This document shows positions 1 through 13,121 of a DNA stretch of 64,000 bases, piece by piece. This DNA is from Cetorhinus maximus. Lineage: Eukaryota. How positions within the stretch are numbered: the stretch's first letter is position 1; each line of letters opens with the position of its first letter. The DNA lies in the NCBI RefSeq assembly GCF_964194155.1, contig NC_135895.1, positions 94,054,001 through 94,118,000 on the forward strand. Reading direction: 5' to 3'. Made by a program: the position numbers and the translations under genes. Under the pieces are notes generated by a model. It was not told where the DNA came from and searched no databases. It worked only from the letters and a program-made list of their open reading frames with translations.

Positions 1-216
1 AAGGCCGCTTGGGTTTATCGCCTGCCCGTCAACCTTAAGTTTGGACGGGCAGTGTTCATAAGTGCTTTAATTAATTTCTTAATGGCCTTAATAGGCCGTT
101 TACATTCCGCCGAACGAAATATCGCGATGCCGCACGATGATGTCGGGACGCACGCCTGATGTCATCGCGCGTCATTTTACGCATCAGCGTGTCGGGCCTG
201 ACAGAAAATTCTGCCC
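1..216 (+). mobile_element. Right end of a Harbinger-type MITE (family A), cut by the window edge
   Basis: Ends in the TIR aaaattctgccc and shares internal sequence (aaccttaag..ggacgggcag, ttaatggccttaataggcc, gatgatgtcggg..cctgatgtcatcgcgcgtcattttac) with the copies at 15369, 34031 and 39113. Confidence 0.8.
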
Positions 217-281
217 TGTATGTAAAATGTATAATGGAGCACCTTACGTTGCGATTGTGAATTAAAGTGAGACTGCCTGCT

Positions 282-477
282 GGGGCGGGATTTTTCCCTG
301 TGGGCTTCTGGACACTGCCATCAGGCTCGAATGGAGGCAGCCTGAGGCTCCTGCTGAACCCAGGTAGGTGGGGGTGCTGTGCCACACCCTGCATTGTGCC
401 ACTAAGAAACTGCGCCACCAAGAAACTGCGCCACACAAGCAACTAAACTGTCTCCTGCCAACTGTAAAATCCCAGTC
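282..477. mobile_element. Short Harbinger-type MITE
   Basis: Imperfect TIRs ggggcgggatttt ... aaaatcccagtc. Confidence 0.4.
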
Positions 478-1978
478 AACCTCTAAAAACAGGTCTCAAT
501 TAAATTTAATTAGTTCAGTTGGCATCCAGTCACATGCAGGCAGGTAGCCCTCCCACAACCCCACCCCATCCCGCCTCAGGAAAATTGCTTGGGGCAGGAT
601 GAAACTGCGGAACCTATATGTTGTTCAGTGGTGCTATTTTTAGTGCCCATCTGTCTCCGTTTCTAGTCCCAGGGGGCCTACAAATCTTTCCCTTGGTTCA
701 ATCCCTCTGTGGTTATCAGCTGTATTGAGGCCAGGCACGTCCACAAAGGACATGGGGAGTATCAGTGAAAGAGTTATTGCCAAGGCCATCAATGTAGTGT
801 TGCTGTTGAGCAGCGGGGAGGTCAGCCTCAGTGATATGTTAAGCGGATTGTGCTCTGAAGAGACCAGAAAATAAAGACACAATACACACACGAGCACACA
901 CGCAGGCACATCCTTTGCAATTCCAATAATTCAAGTTCATGAATGCTCCAAAAAGACTCAACTTATCATTCATCAGTCTTACTGCAAACTTCACAACGTC
1001 AACAACATATTGGATAACAAACATTCTTTGATGTTTCAAGCTTTAGATAACATATTCACCAAGCTAAGAGAAACTCTACCAGAATATGAAGTTCACTACC
1101 ATTTTGTATTATAATAACATCCTGCAAGTGACTGTATGAAGTATAATTATAAAGGTAAAATTTTCAATGTATCCTGAAAAGAGGCACCGCTGATTTGCAT
1201 CTCAGTCTGCCGATGGTGTAGGAGCTGATGGACACCATTCACCTTCTCCTGGTTTATATTAGATTGACTTGAAAACATGATGTAAGTTGTCTCTTTGAAG
1301 CAGCTTGTTGACCAATAATAACCTACTGATTATTCCAAATGTTTGTGTTGACCAATAGCAATGGTGCAATCGCTCTACACGTTCATTTCTGAACAGTGGC
1401 ATCATTTGGATTAATTTGTGGGAGCAACAGTTACTGAAAAATCTCATCTCTTACTGGCACCGAGAGATATTTTGTTGTCGATATTTAGTCAGGCTTTAAG
1501 GATAGTGAGAGCTGTAGCCAGGGAAAGAATTTCCAGATAGGAAACCCAGAAGTGCAAGTTTCGCGGACATGCTGCCAAATATAATGGCAGAATGTATTTC
1601 ACATTTTTTCTGTAGGTTTCTCATCTGACAAGCCCCCGATAACAAGCTGGCTGTCCGTCAAGCTGGAAATCAGCCAGGGAGTGGTTGGCAGGTAAGTTTG
1701 ACATTGTGGGGCTGAGTGGCATTGCGGGGGTGGGCTGTGGGGAGTGGTGTAGATGTTCTGAGGAGTCAGACATTGTGGGGAGGTGAAATTTGGATACTGC
1801 CATATGCGTCAGATATTTGCCAATTGCATGGAGGTAATCTTATTGTACTGCAGAAAACTCTCCTCCTCCTCTTGGCCCACAAGCAGTGCTTTAAAGACAC
1901 ACGCCCGGCCTCCCTCACCTCCTTTTAATTGCCCTTAATGAGGTTTTAAACAGCTTTCATTGGTCCTGGATTGGAATA

Positions 1979-2127
1979 GAGCTGGATTTCTCCTGCCTCC
2001 CCCAGCCCTGGTGATTATTGCTGGTGCCCAGGATTAGTGTCTTGGAACTGACACACCGCCTGGTGCTGGTATTTCGGGCCCTGCCTCCACCTCTGTTCCC
2101 AACCTTGGGGACCCTGAAAATTCAGCC
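1979..2127. mobile_element. Short Harbinger-type MITE
   Basis: Imperfect TIRs gagctggattt ... gaaaattcagcc. Confidence 0.35.
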
Positions 2128-3716
2128 ATTGTGTCTGTTTCCCGTTAACTGTTGCTCACTGGTTTTGAGTGTCACAATTGGTCGATGGGTATACTGTGTC
2201 TGAAAAATCCCATCACTCATTTGATCTTGATGACCAGGTATTGGTGACAAAGAATGCCATCAGAGTGAATAAGTAACATCATTGGTTGGTTTGAACTGCT
2301 TCTTTTGGGCTGGAATTTTCTTCAAAAATGCATCGCCAAGGTTGTAAATAAATTGGCAGTAAAAATTCAACATGGCTTTTCCATTTATTAGGAAAATTAA
2401 GAGAAAAAATGTAGCAGGAATTGATAAGAATTTGACTATCAGGATTAAATATTTAAATAAATACAAGGAATAATATTGTAAGACGCCATAGCCAGCACAG
2501 TGTTGCTAGTGCCAAGCAAGGTTTGGAGAATTCATGTTATCTTATCTCTGGTCCGAGAACTCCTCACAAAATTACTCCCATAGTGTAAAAATATAATTTG
2601 GTAAATATACCTTTCTTACATTCTTGATTGTAGATTAACTTGTATTAAAATTTAAACACGTTCGTGTTTTTGAAACAACAATACTATCACAAAAGATTTC
2701 TCCTATATTTTTAAAAAAAGGTGTATCCCCTTGCAAAGTTCACACCCCTGGTTATGTGGAACCTTTATAATTCTCTCACAGCCGAAAGTATTTTTCAATG
2801 TTAGTACAACATTCTCAAAATGGCTGTCTCTTGAATCTCTTTCTACTTGGTTGGCATATAAAGGGCTTGAAAATATCACAAGAGAACGTCACCACAATAT
2901 GTCTGCGATGGAAGGGAAAATGGAAAAGTCTGACAAGTTCCAGAGGTCACAATTTGCCAGTAAAATGTGCAATTTAAAAGAAGCAGCCAGACTGGCAATT
3001 TGGGATAAAGGCAGTTGGCCAGTAAGGGCTTCATATAGGTTTGACTACACTTTTTTTTTGGAAAAGAAGCACATCCTCCCTTTCCCTTCAAACCCACCTC
3101 CAACACAACTCCCCCGCTAAAAATATGGGCATTGTCAGAAATCAAAGTCAGAATAACAGTTTTTACAAGGAGAATATATTGTGAGGCTTAGAGTTGTGCA
3201 GCTCTAATGACTTTTTCCATATTCCATCTCAGATTCTGAAATTCTTCCAGATTCTTCATCCTCCAGGATTTGAAAATTAACCTCAGTCCAAAAATAAGTC
3301 TGCAAAGGGAGTTAGTGATACAAATTGTGCAGCACAAAAAAGCTTTCCAGAATTGCAATTTCTTATATTCTTCAAGAAAAGATCTGGGCCCAAACATCCT
3401 TCGCAATAAATGTTCTTTTATGAAAATTACCCACTGGACAGTTATCTGAAAACCCCCATATAATGAGTCAGAATATTGTTTCGGAATACTCTTGCTACAT
3501 ACGCACAGAAAACACACGCACTTCCATGACATTTCCTTATGCCCTATACTTTGAAAGGCATCTATCAATGACTCCCAGGGCCTTGAAGGGCTTTTGTTGT
3601 TAAAAGGCGCACTCCTTAAAAGGAGGAATTTTGGCAAATCTTTTTGACTGGGGAAGCAGTGGAGCCAGTGGAGCTGTACACAAGAATTACAAGATGATTT
3701 ATGTTGTCATGAAGGA

Positions 3717-4240
3717 AACACAGAAACATGGTAATTAGGAGCAGGAGTAGGTCATTCGGTTCTTCGAGCCTGCTCTGCCGTTCAATACCATCATGGCTGA
3801 TCCTCTATCTCAATACTGTACTCCTGTGCTCTCCCCATATCCCTTGATGGCTTTAGAGTCCAGAAATCTAATTAATTCCTTCTTGAATATATTTAAGTGA
3901 CTTGGCCTCCACAGCCTTCTTTGGCAGAGGATTCCATATGTTCACCACCCTCTGAATGAAGAAATTTCTCCTCATAAAAACAAAAAACTACTGCGGATGC
4001 TGGAAATCCAAAACAAAAACAGAATTACCTGGAAAAACTCAGCAGGTCTGGCAGCATCGGTGGAGAAGAAAAGAGTCGACGTTTCAAGTCCTCACGACCC
4101 TTCAACAGAACAGGAAGGGTCGTGAGGACTCGAAACGTCGACTCTTTTCTTCTCCAAATTTCTCCTCATCTCAGTCCTAAATGGCTTAACTCGTATCCTA
4201 AGACTGTGACCCCTTGTTCTAGACACCCCCAGCCAAAGGG
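3717..4240 (-). mobile_element. CR1 LINE 3' fragment interrupted by a Penelope-derived insert
   Basis: CR1-type 3' UTR (aggagcaggagtaggtcattcgg) and RT C-terminal remnant matching the copies at 19968 and 53590; sequence resumes after the TSD at 4156-4169. Confidence 0.75.
3976..4155 (-). mobile_element. Penelope-like non-autonomous insert (inverted pseudo-LTR ends) with 14-bp TSD
   Basis: TSD aaatttctcctcat at 3962-3975 and 4156-4169; 43-bp hairpin arms 4061-4103 and 4114-4156 (42/43 complementary); hammerhead-like motif on the minus strand. Confidence 0.75.
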
Positions 4241-4759
4241 TGGGGTGTATTTATAGAGCACCTTTCACAATCTGAAGACATGTCCCAAAGCACTCATAGA
4301 AGATTTACCCCATGCGGTATGCCTTATGCTGATGTAACACAAATAAGTCATCCAGTATAACGAGACTTAAAACTACAAGGATAGATCTTTACAAAATGTC
4401 TGGAATGCAGCAATTCCTTGACATGTTGCTACCCGACAACCTGCAGTGACTAAGATGCAATTAAAGGGGAGATGTTTTTTGAACATAAGAGCATTCTATA
4501 ATAAAAAAAATCCATCATTCTCAGACAGAAACTCAGCTCAATATCCAACCAGTCTAAGGTTGCGGTTCCATTACATGAATGGGCTGCAGCTGTTTGCCAC
4601 AGAGCAAAAATGCAGATGAGGAAGACAAGACAACAATAGACAATAAGGCAGTACCATATTTGTTAAATGAGTATTTTGTACACTCATTTTCACAGTGGAA
4701 AGAGAACTAAGTGTACAGCCAGTTTTGGAGAACATATCTTCAGCATTACAGCTAGGATA

Positions 4760-5770
4760 GCGTTAGGGCCTGTAGCCTTTGCTATGTGCATGTTGAGTGA
4801 ATTGAGTGAAGACTGACATCTGCGGTGGTGGGGACTTCGTGAGAAAGCCAAGATGGATCACTTAGGCTGAAGATGGTTGCAAACACTTCAGCTGTGTATT
4901 TTTCACTCCTTGTGGGCTCTGCCATCATTGAAGATGGGAATGTTCATAGAGCTTCCTCCTCTCATTAGTTGCTTAATTGGCCCTCACATCACAACTGGAT
5001 TTGCCAAGACTAAAGAGATTTGATCTGATTTATTTGTGGAATCACTTAGCTTTATATATAACATGCTGCTTCCACTGTTTAGCATGCACATAGTCCTGTA
5101 TTGTAGCTTCACTAGGTTGGCACCACATTTTTTGGTGTCCCTGGTGCTGATCCTAGTATAATCTTCTACACTCCTCATTGAACTAGGGTTGGTCACCTGG
5201 CTTGATGGTAATGGCAGAGTGTGGGATATGCCAAGCCATGAAGTTACAGATTATGGTAGAATGAAATTCTGCTGCTGAATACCACTGTGTCTCATGGATG
5301 CCCAATTTTTAGTTGCTAGATTTGATCTTAATTTATCCCATTTAGCACAGTGGTGGTGCCCCAATCATCCCCAATCATGGGATTTCATCTTCACAAGGGC
5401 TGTATGATTGTCACTCCTATCAGTGCCATGATTGACAAAGGTATGTGTAACAGGTAGATTGGTGAGGGAGAGATCAAATAGATTTTTCCCTCTTGTTGGT
5501 TCTCTCACTATCTGCTGCCAACTTGGTCAGCAGTGGTGCCACCAAACCACTCTTGGTGATGGGCATTGAAGTCCCCCACCCAGAGTACATTCTGCCAGCC
5601 TCACCTCTAACCACTCTTTCAAGTGGTGTTCAATATGGAGGAGCACTGATTCATCAGCTGAGGGAGAGTGATAGGTGGTAATCAGCAGGAAGTTTGCTTG
5701 CCCATGTTTTATTTGATGCCATGAGACTTCATGGGATCCGGAGTCAATGTTGAGGACTCCCTGGACCACT
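4760..5770 (-). mobile_element. Degenerate CR1/L2-group LINE fragment (APE endonuclease region)
   Basis: Minus-strand translation HGQANFLLITTYHSPSADESVLLHIEHHL followed by a frameshifted GDFN-type motif (ggggacttcaatg). Confidence 0.65.
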
Positions 5771-7849
5771 GGTGGAGTGGAGAATCTTGCAGAGGTAGAT
5801 TGCTGCAAAAACATGCATTTATTTTAGACACCCAATGTTTTTTTTTTAAAAAGCGATAAGAATTGCTAAAAAAAAAGAATTCATTCAAATGCAGAATGTG
5901 CAGCAAAATATAAACTCCCTAAAAAATGTTTTAAGCTCACACTCAGAGACAGTATACAGAGTTTCAAACAGTTGTTGTGAGTGGCTGTCAGAAACCTGTG
6001 CAGTGTGTAGCGAAACCTACACTTAGATAGACTTTACTCAAAGGAGGTTTTAATAGGGATTTTTTTTCAGACTTCTTTTTCCTGAAAGGTTCAGCTTTGT
6101 GCTAAGTTCATTGACAATTCTTAAGAGCAAAAACTGGCGATAGCCAAGATATCCATTTCAAAGACAAAAAGAGCAGTTTTTGGTGACGACATAATTGTCA
6201 AGCTGCAAAACAATTCACTCGCACGCTGCCTATTCCAGGAATTCCTTTCTGTTGGAAATTTGAGCCATCCCAGTGTGACATTATACTTGGGATATTTTTT
6301 AATGGATTTACAAGGCGGGTGTTGTATCCAACACTGGCAGTGAAAACCTTTTCATGGAAAAGATAACATTTGTTTCAGTTAATTTTATGAATTTAGTACC
6401 TTTTCTTTATTTCCTATCATAGTTTACAGTGCCTGAGCTGAGGGACTGTCCCCAATCATTTTACCTCTGGTTCTCATGGGTATCTGAAGTATGATTGGAG
6501 GCAGAGCTTGCAATGGATTTCCACCTCTCTTCCCATCTATTGGGCTCTTCCCCCCCAGTTACTGGTGATCCAGTGGACCAGGCAGCTTGAGAGGCTGGAC
6601 GCACTGGCAGGCCACAGCCGGGAAGTGGGGAAGAAGGAGCGAGGAGGAGATCAAGGATCAGTGGAGAGGTCAGAGGTCAGGATTGAGATCAGAGGTCAGG
6701 GTGAAGTCAGAGCTCAGGGGAGAGAGATCAGGTTAAATTTGAGGCATATAGTCCTATTAATATTCCCATGTAGCAGGCTGTTGGACAATAGAACTCGTGA
6801 TGGTGATTAACTACTACATTCAGTTCAAAGAATCTCACCCATGAATTGTGATTATATTATTTCTGTGGTTTTATTATTATTCTCCTTCCATACTCTTTGT
6901 CTCCTGAAGACAGTTCCTCAAACCACATGCTCAAATGCAGTTCTACAGGTGATAACAGGCCTTTAGTGTCTCATTCAGGTGCCCATCTTCCTTTATAGCA
7001 TCAGTAGGCCACGTGACTACAAGGACATTACTGATGAGTTCAGTCCTGTTTCCACTCACCATCAACAAAACTTACTCATCAGCTGGAATTGCTGCTGTTA
7101 GATAGAAATCCAAAGACATTTTTCTCTCTCAGGCTAGCAAATGGAGCCAAAACCAATTTCAGCATCAGTCCCTCCCACCCCCATTATTGGCCTCACAGAG
7201 ATTGGCTACATGTCGCAATTGGGATTCCCCATGGTTTAAGTCACTCAGACCACAGTGGATGGACCCTTTGGACCTACTGGTCTTTTTTTTTATTTGAAAG
7301 GATCCTGTTGGTCTGGGAAACACAAACACTCCAGAATCCCTGCTGGTATGGACTGCTTTCTGATAGTTCACATGTGTGTAACTTGGAAGCACAAATGGTT
7401 GGAAATTGGACTTGATGGAATCTTTTTTCTTGGTGCTATAGTGCCTTTATGTTTCCAAAATTGCACATGCAGTGTTGTGCGCACACTTTTGACACAACTG
7501 TGTCGGATGCCATCTTGTTAAAGGCATTAGCCTGCCAGAGGTATGCAAAGCAGACAGATCGTGACATCAGTCAGCATATGACACTCCTGCCATAGCCCTC
7601 TCTTAACCTTACACAACTGAGTTGTGTTAAACTGCAGTAAGGACCCCCCTACCAATGCTATTTAAAGAGATCAACAACTACTACAGATTAGTTATTGATT
7701 GATTTCTTCTGGCTATTGCTATAATTCTCTGCACTCTTGGTGCTTTTCCTAATTGCGTCAAGTTTGAAAAATCTACATGGAGCGGTCTGGCAGGCGCTGT
7801 CGTATCTTTTGCCGACTTCAAGGCTTCCGCACAAAGCAGTTACTCTCTG

Positions 7850-8890
7850 CCATGGTCCAATCGCTGGCTTTCCTCTTAGAATAAAGCATGACTTGAAGAA
7901 GGCAAAGGGGGCATATAGAGAAGGACAAGCTACTGGAAGAGGAAGGAGGGTGGGAAGGAGGACTTTCAGTAGGAGGCCATCTCCACCCAGGGTGTTAAGA
8001 GAGCAATTCTGCTACCTGAACCTCAATGAGGAACAGCAGGTCAGATGTCTGCACTTCAGTAAGGACCTCCTCACTGGAATCTGCCAACTGCTGCCACCAC
8101 AACTCCAACTTCAGGGCAGGGTCAGAACTGCTTTGCCAGTGAGTGGGAAGGGGCCTGTGGCTGCTGCATAAGGGAGGTCACAAGTCTCTCGATACAAGTG
8201 AGATCATTTCAATTCATTCCCTCTTGCCAAAGAGAATGACCACAAGACTTTGCCAGGATTCCCCATGTGCAGGGTACCATTGACTGTATGTTGTGGGCAC
8301 CGCATGCCAGTTCAGCCATATACTGGAACCAAAAGGGTTTCCACTCCCTCACCACCTAGCTGCAGTGTCACCATAGCAAATCACGCCGGTCTATACCAAG
8401 TATGCTGGCAGCAGGCATGATGCCTTCATTCTGTGGCAGTCCACTCTGCCAGATGTATTTCAACCTTGTGGGCAAACTAAAGGGTGGCTAATGGACGACA
8501 CAAAATAGCCACTGATGACATGGCCGATAAATTTGATTTGTAAACCACCATACATATACAGCATGCATACAATGAGAGCCATGCTGCCACAAGAAATGTG
8601 ATAGAGCAAACCGTTGGCATACTGAAACAACAATTCTGCTGCTTGGAACACTCTGGGGAAGGCCTTTAGTCCTTGGCTGAGCAGGTCTCAAGATTCATGA
8701 TGGTATTCTGCATGCTGCACAATGTTGCCAATATGCAGGCCCAGGCTTTGTCATCACCTATCGGGCAAGGAGCTGAGGAGCAGGAGCATGCAGAGTAGCA
8801 GGAAGAGGATGAGAAAGCAAGGCAGCAACCTAAACAATCCCTTTCTCCCTGGCTGTATGTGAAGAACTAATTCAGATGTGGTACCAGTAA
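7850..8890 (+). pseudogene. HARBI1-like DDE transposase pseudogene
   Basis: Fragments PPRVLREQFCYLNLNEEQQVRCLHFSK, VQGTIDC (~8267), KGFHSL (~8333), GSRHDAFILWQS (~8407), RNVIEQTVGILKQQFCCL (~8592), CMLHN (~8709); multiple frameshifts and stops. Confidence 0.8.
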
Positions 8891-9049
8891 CTACAAGTCC
8901 AATTCCAAGTTCATCAACAGTCAAACACTCCTTATCTTCCCTCTGTCACTAACCATCATTGGCCACAATGCAAAATTGAAAGACAACACAAAATACACAT
9001 TCCAAACAAAATGTATAAATGAAATCAATGCTACTTTGCATCCAAAAAT

Positions 9050-10330
9050 AAATTATTCACTCTTCTGCATTCCCTTACTGCCTGTCCTAGTGCTCCAACA
9101 CAGAACCACACCAGTGGCTACAGCAAGACTGGTAGAAGGCTGCTGCTTTACAGAAGGAGAGACTGCAGGTGGCCTTGGAGGGCCATGTCAAGCAGCTCTA
9201 AGGGGGTTAAGAGGCTTGGGTTCAGACTCTGCCATCTTAAGCATCAGCAGTAGCAGTCTGGCTGACAGATAATAGCAAGTGCATTGGCAGATTGGCAGTG
9301 ATGAGAGGACAAATGCTATCACAGTGAGAGCGGACAGCAGGTTCATGCTCCAAGGAAGCCACGACCACACTCCTGAGGCAACACCTCAGCAATCTTATTT
9401 AATGTCTTGTCAATTACATTGTTAAAGTTAAGAGAAACAGGTGACGGGCGTTAATTGTCTTTGAGCATATATAAATAGAGGATCAGTCCCAGGAACATCA
9501 TTTTAATTTAATTAGTTAAAAGTTTCCTTTCAAAGTTTTATTTTTGTTACAGTGCCTCATCAGGGGCTGTCACCCCTCTTAATTGTTAATTATTTTACTG
9601 ATCATTGCTTTTCTCAAAAGAGCATATAAATTGGGGATCCCGGCATGGCAGCTAATGGAATTTAAACTCACTTAATAAATCTGGAATTAAAAGCTAATCT
9701 CAGTAATGGTGACCAGGGAAATTATCATCGATTGACTCAAAAGAGTACAAATTGGGGATAGCTGGGACACTGGTTTGTGTGAGAGGAGACCTGTGAGACT
9801 GAACAAGTCAACAACTCTATCAATAAAGAAAATCTCTAATTCTTAGTTTTGGCTTCACCACCAAGCTTGGATCCTGTTAACCCTGATAATCTACTGGGGG
9901 GCGGGCAGGGTGCGGATTGCTGGGCTGCTGTGGGACTCTGCAAGACCCTTTGAACACTGGTATGTACAGCCATGATTCTGGCAGTCTAAGCTTGCTTTAG
10001 TCTGAGTTTCCATTGCAGCATTGAGATGTTGGGTGGCTTCTGCTTGCGCTGGAATGAAATCTGAGACATCAGCTGTCTGACATTGCATTATGGCCGGGTC
10101 CATATATGTGTTGTTGGAGCTGGACACCAATTCCAGGCTGCCAAGGATCAGTTCTAAGCTCTGTGCAAAACTGAGTGCCAACTTGGTGCCAGCTTCCTAC
10201 ATGCTCTTTGACATTCACTACAATTTTCCTGGCAGAGCTCCCAATTTGCCAAGCAATTTGTACTGCACACCCATCAACCTTTCTCTGTAGCCTAGCCCAT
10301 CAAAATCCTCACCTGAATCCTCTGCCTCAG
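9050..10330 (-). pseudogene. 3' part of the Harbinger Myb/SANT partner gene (degenerate)
   Basis: ORF 9891-10181 (ALSFAQSLELILGSLELV..MDPAIMQCQTADVSDFIPAQAEA) is homologous to ORF 42022-42327 of the second relic; convergent with the transposase. Confidence 0.55.
9396..9888 (+). mobile_element. Probable degenerate solo LTR inserted in the Harbinger relic (contains a SINE fragment ~9640-9735)
   Basis: Flanked by atct at 9392-9395 and 9889-9892; internal AATAAA at ~9823; TA..TA termini compatible with decayed TG..CA. Confidence 0.4.
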
Positions 10331-11195
10331 AACTCTTTGGTTAGACCGCCAACTCAAACTGGGGGCAGTGTGCAACATGGCAGCTCCGCCCATTTGAGCC
10401 CTGAAATGGCAGCAGGTTCACGTTGATATCGTCGGATCCCAGTTTAAATACTGAAATCGGCCACGTGCTTGCTTCGGGCAGCTACTTGGATGCCGACTCT
10501 GGGGAACCCGGCAAGAATGGCCACAGCCTTGGCAACGGCAAGAACGGGAATGAAGTGATAAGATCTGCCCTGTGAGTTTTAGGGTGTTATCATTCTGTTT
10601 ATACCGGATGAGAGGCCAAAGAGTCTCCCCCTACACTTCAGGACAGCCTTGCATTACTTCTGGTTATTTTTGACTGACGTTCTCTTTCAGCCTAAAGTCT
10701 ACTTTTGTGTCTTTGTGGACACATTCTGGCACACATTCCATCCACAAAGTTGAATGACCTTTTAATCAAACGATTAGATACGCTGACTCATGATCTGGTA
10801 GATGTCAGTGTTGACAAACAATGATCTGTATGTAAGAGTAAAGATAGGCATCAAGATACTGCATTGTGCATCTTTTAGCTGCAGTACATCAACCTTCTAA
10901 TATAAATGCAAATTCTTCTTTTAATATCAGATTTAAATTCATGGCAATACCCAGAAGGGAGGATAGGATTAAACTTCATTTATACACACCACCAGAACAG
11001 AAAAGGAAACATGTGCATGGTTATGGGAAAAGAACAGGAGATTAGGGACTAATAGGATTGGTCTTTCAAAGAGCCAAACATGATGCGCTGAATGGCCTCC
11101 TTCTGCACTGTAAGGTTCGATGATGCCTATAGCTTCAAAAGATTTTTATTGAATATCAATAAGATAACATCTCAATTTATATATTTAAACAAGGT

Positions 11196-12230
11196 GGGCT
11201 GGATTTTCATCCTCGAGGCAGGTAGCAGGAGTCAGGAAATTTCCTGGCTTGGCCCACTCGCCTTGGGAGCAAGTGCCCGCAAAGACCAGATTTTCATTGT
11301 GCTGGGGAGGTGGGGGAGTGGTGTGTGCAGGCTGGGGTCAGGCAAGCCAATCCGGGGAAGAGTTTGGAGGCAGCAACAGGGGCTGTCAGGTGTGGAGGTG
11401 GGCTGTTTAAAAGGCTGTGGGACTTTATCCCAGTTATAATAGAAACAGCAAAAGCCATCCAGCCCTCACCCCTCACACTCTCCACACGCTCCCTAAAGTC
11501 CAACTGTGACACATTATGCCCCTCACTCACCCACTATGGTCCCTCATACCTCCCATGCCAAGATATGCCCCCACCCAAATACCCCCCGCCCAACTTCCAT
11601 TTTATTGGCCTGTAGTAAAAGGGATATTTTCTTTAAAAAAGTGGCAAGTTATCAATGAACGATTGTTTTTTAAAGCTTTTTTTTTTTACACATCTACTGT
11701 CACCATTAGGTTCATTGGTTCTACATAGTGTTCAATCGGTGAACGGATATGGAAATGCCTTAGCTTGGCATGAGGGGCATAAAGGGGTCATAGTGGGTGG
11801 TTAGTGGGCATACCAAGGCATGGGGGTGTGAGGTGCCATAGTTGTTGTTGTGGGCCATACCTTGGCATGGGGGGCATGAGGAGCCACAGGGGGTGGGCAG
11901 TCAGGAGGACATTTTGAACTTACCTTTCAAAAGGTTCCCTCACACAGACTATGGTTCACGATGCCTCTGAGGTACCATGAGCCACAACTATGAAAAGCTG
12001 GCCCGATTCCATGAAACTTACAAGGGACAAAGACATGCCAATCCCCGCAAAGAGGCTGGCAAGGCCAGGAATGCAGGGTGCTGGCTCGCCACCCAAACCA
12101 GTCTGCACCCTTAAAAGGCCCCGGTTAAAATTGGAAACCCCAAGAATGTGGTCAGGAATCCCGGAATTGGGTCCTGGCTGCCATTTTTAGAGGTTTGCAG
12201 AATCTCCCTGCCTCCGCAAAAATCTAGCCC
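11196..12230. mobile_element. Harbinger-type MITE (~1 kb) with internal inverted arms
   Basis: TIRs gggctggatttt / aaaatctagccc; internal arms ~11510-11565 and ~11762-11812 are reverse complements (cccactatg..cccatgccaag / cttggcatg..catagtggg). Confidence 0.65.
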
Positions 12231-12357
12231 CATATGATTAAAAAAAAGTAACAAACAGCTTTTGTATTCTGCAGAAAAGAACATTTTTCCAAACTACGAA
12301 CATGGCAACACTTTCCAAATGAGACAGTTATCATCCTACTCCTTATCACTCCCTCCT

Positions 12358-12660
12358 GTTAATGGATTTGTTAAGGGAAGGTTGTGTCTGTCTAACTTAA
12401 TTCAATTTTTTGAGGAGGTAACAAGGAGGGTCAATGTGGGTAGCATGCTTGATGTAGCCTACCTGGATTTTAACAAGGTTTTTGACAAGGCCACACATGG
12501 CAGATTTGTCAGAAAAGTAAAGGCGAATGAAATGAGAGGTGGGCAAAGTTGGGTCCAAAATTGACTCAGTAGCAGGAAGCAAAGGTCGACAAGTGTTTTT
12601 GTGACTGGAAAGCTGTTTCCAGTGGGGTTCTGCAAGACTCAGCTCAGACTCCTATGCTTT
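12358..12660 (+). mobile_element. CR1 RT fragment
   Basis: GFVKGRLCLSNLIQFFEEVTRRV..DVAYLDFNKVFDK. Confidence 0.85.
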
Positions 12661-12865
12661 TTACATATTTATACACCAAGATGTATATATTGGGATGCAG
12701 GGACCATGGCCCCCTGTATAATTCAGTCCTTTAGTTTGACAAAGTGATTGGTGATAGTATGGGAACCTCTGGCTCTTGCTAAACTCAATGACATCATCCT
12801 CTGCACACATACAATATTGGTTTCACTTATAAGCACTGCACATCACCACCTCCAATATTATCACA

Positions 12866-13052
12866 TGGAGAGTATTAGTGCTGTGTGTTATTTGAACTGG
12901 GGAGTGTTCGTGCTGTGAGTTGTTTGAATTTGGGAGTATTAACACTGTGTGTTGTCTGAGCTGGGAGTGCTAATGCTGTGTGTTGTCTGAACTGAGAGTG
13001 TTAAAGCTGTGTGTTGTCTGATTTTGGGAATGTTAATGCTGTGCCTATCTGA
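12866..13052. repeat. Minisatellite, ~31-bp unit x6
   Basis: Repeats of gggagtgttaatgctgtgtgttgtctgaact with variation. Confidence 0.85.
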
Positions 13053-13121
13053 ATACAGTAGCCTATGACAATGACAAATTACATATTGAACAGAATCGCA
13101 GAGAACTTCAGTCAAACACTG

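Larger units (their letters stand above)
7414..10350. mobile_element. Old Harbinger (PIF/Harbinger) transposon relic
   Basis: Transposase remnants on + and partner-gene remnants on -; left region shared with 41700-42100 (tgctatttaaa.g.atca.caactac..caggttagtt). Confidence 0.7.

Noticed and set aside
1616-1691. Plus-strand exon-like segment (ctgtag..gcag|gtaagt); similarly ~37439-37519
   Set aside because: The first runs into MITE-like G-rich sequence, neither peptide is recognisable, and there is no supporting exon chain.
640-3637. Minus-strand ORFs of 60-149 aa (e.g. 3188-3637)
   Set aside because: No recognisable domain or consistent splice context; expected by chance.
12866-13052. CRISPR-like array (~31-bp repeats)
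   Set aside because: Repeats are head-to-tail with no unique spacers, there are no cas genes, and the context is eukaryotic.
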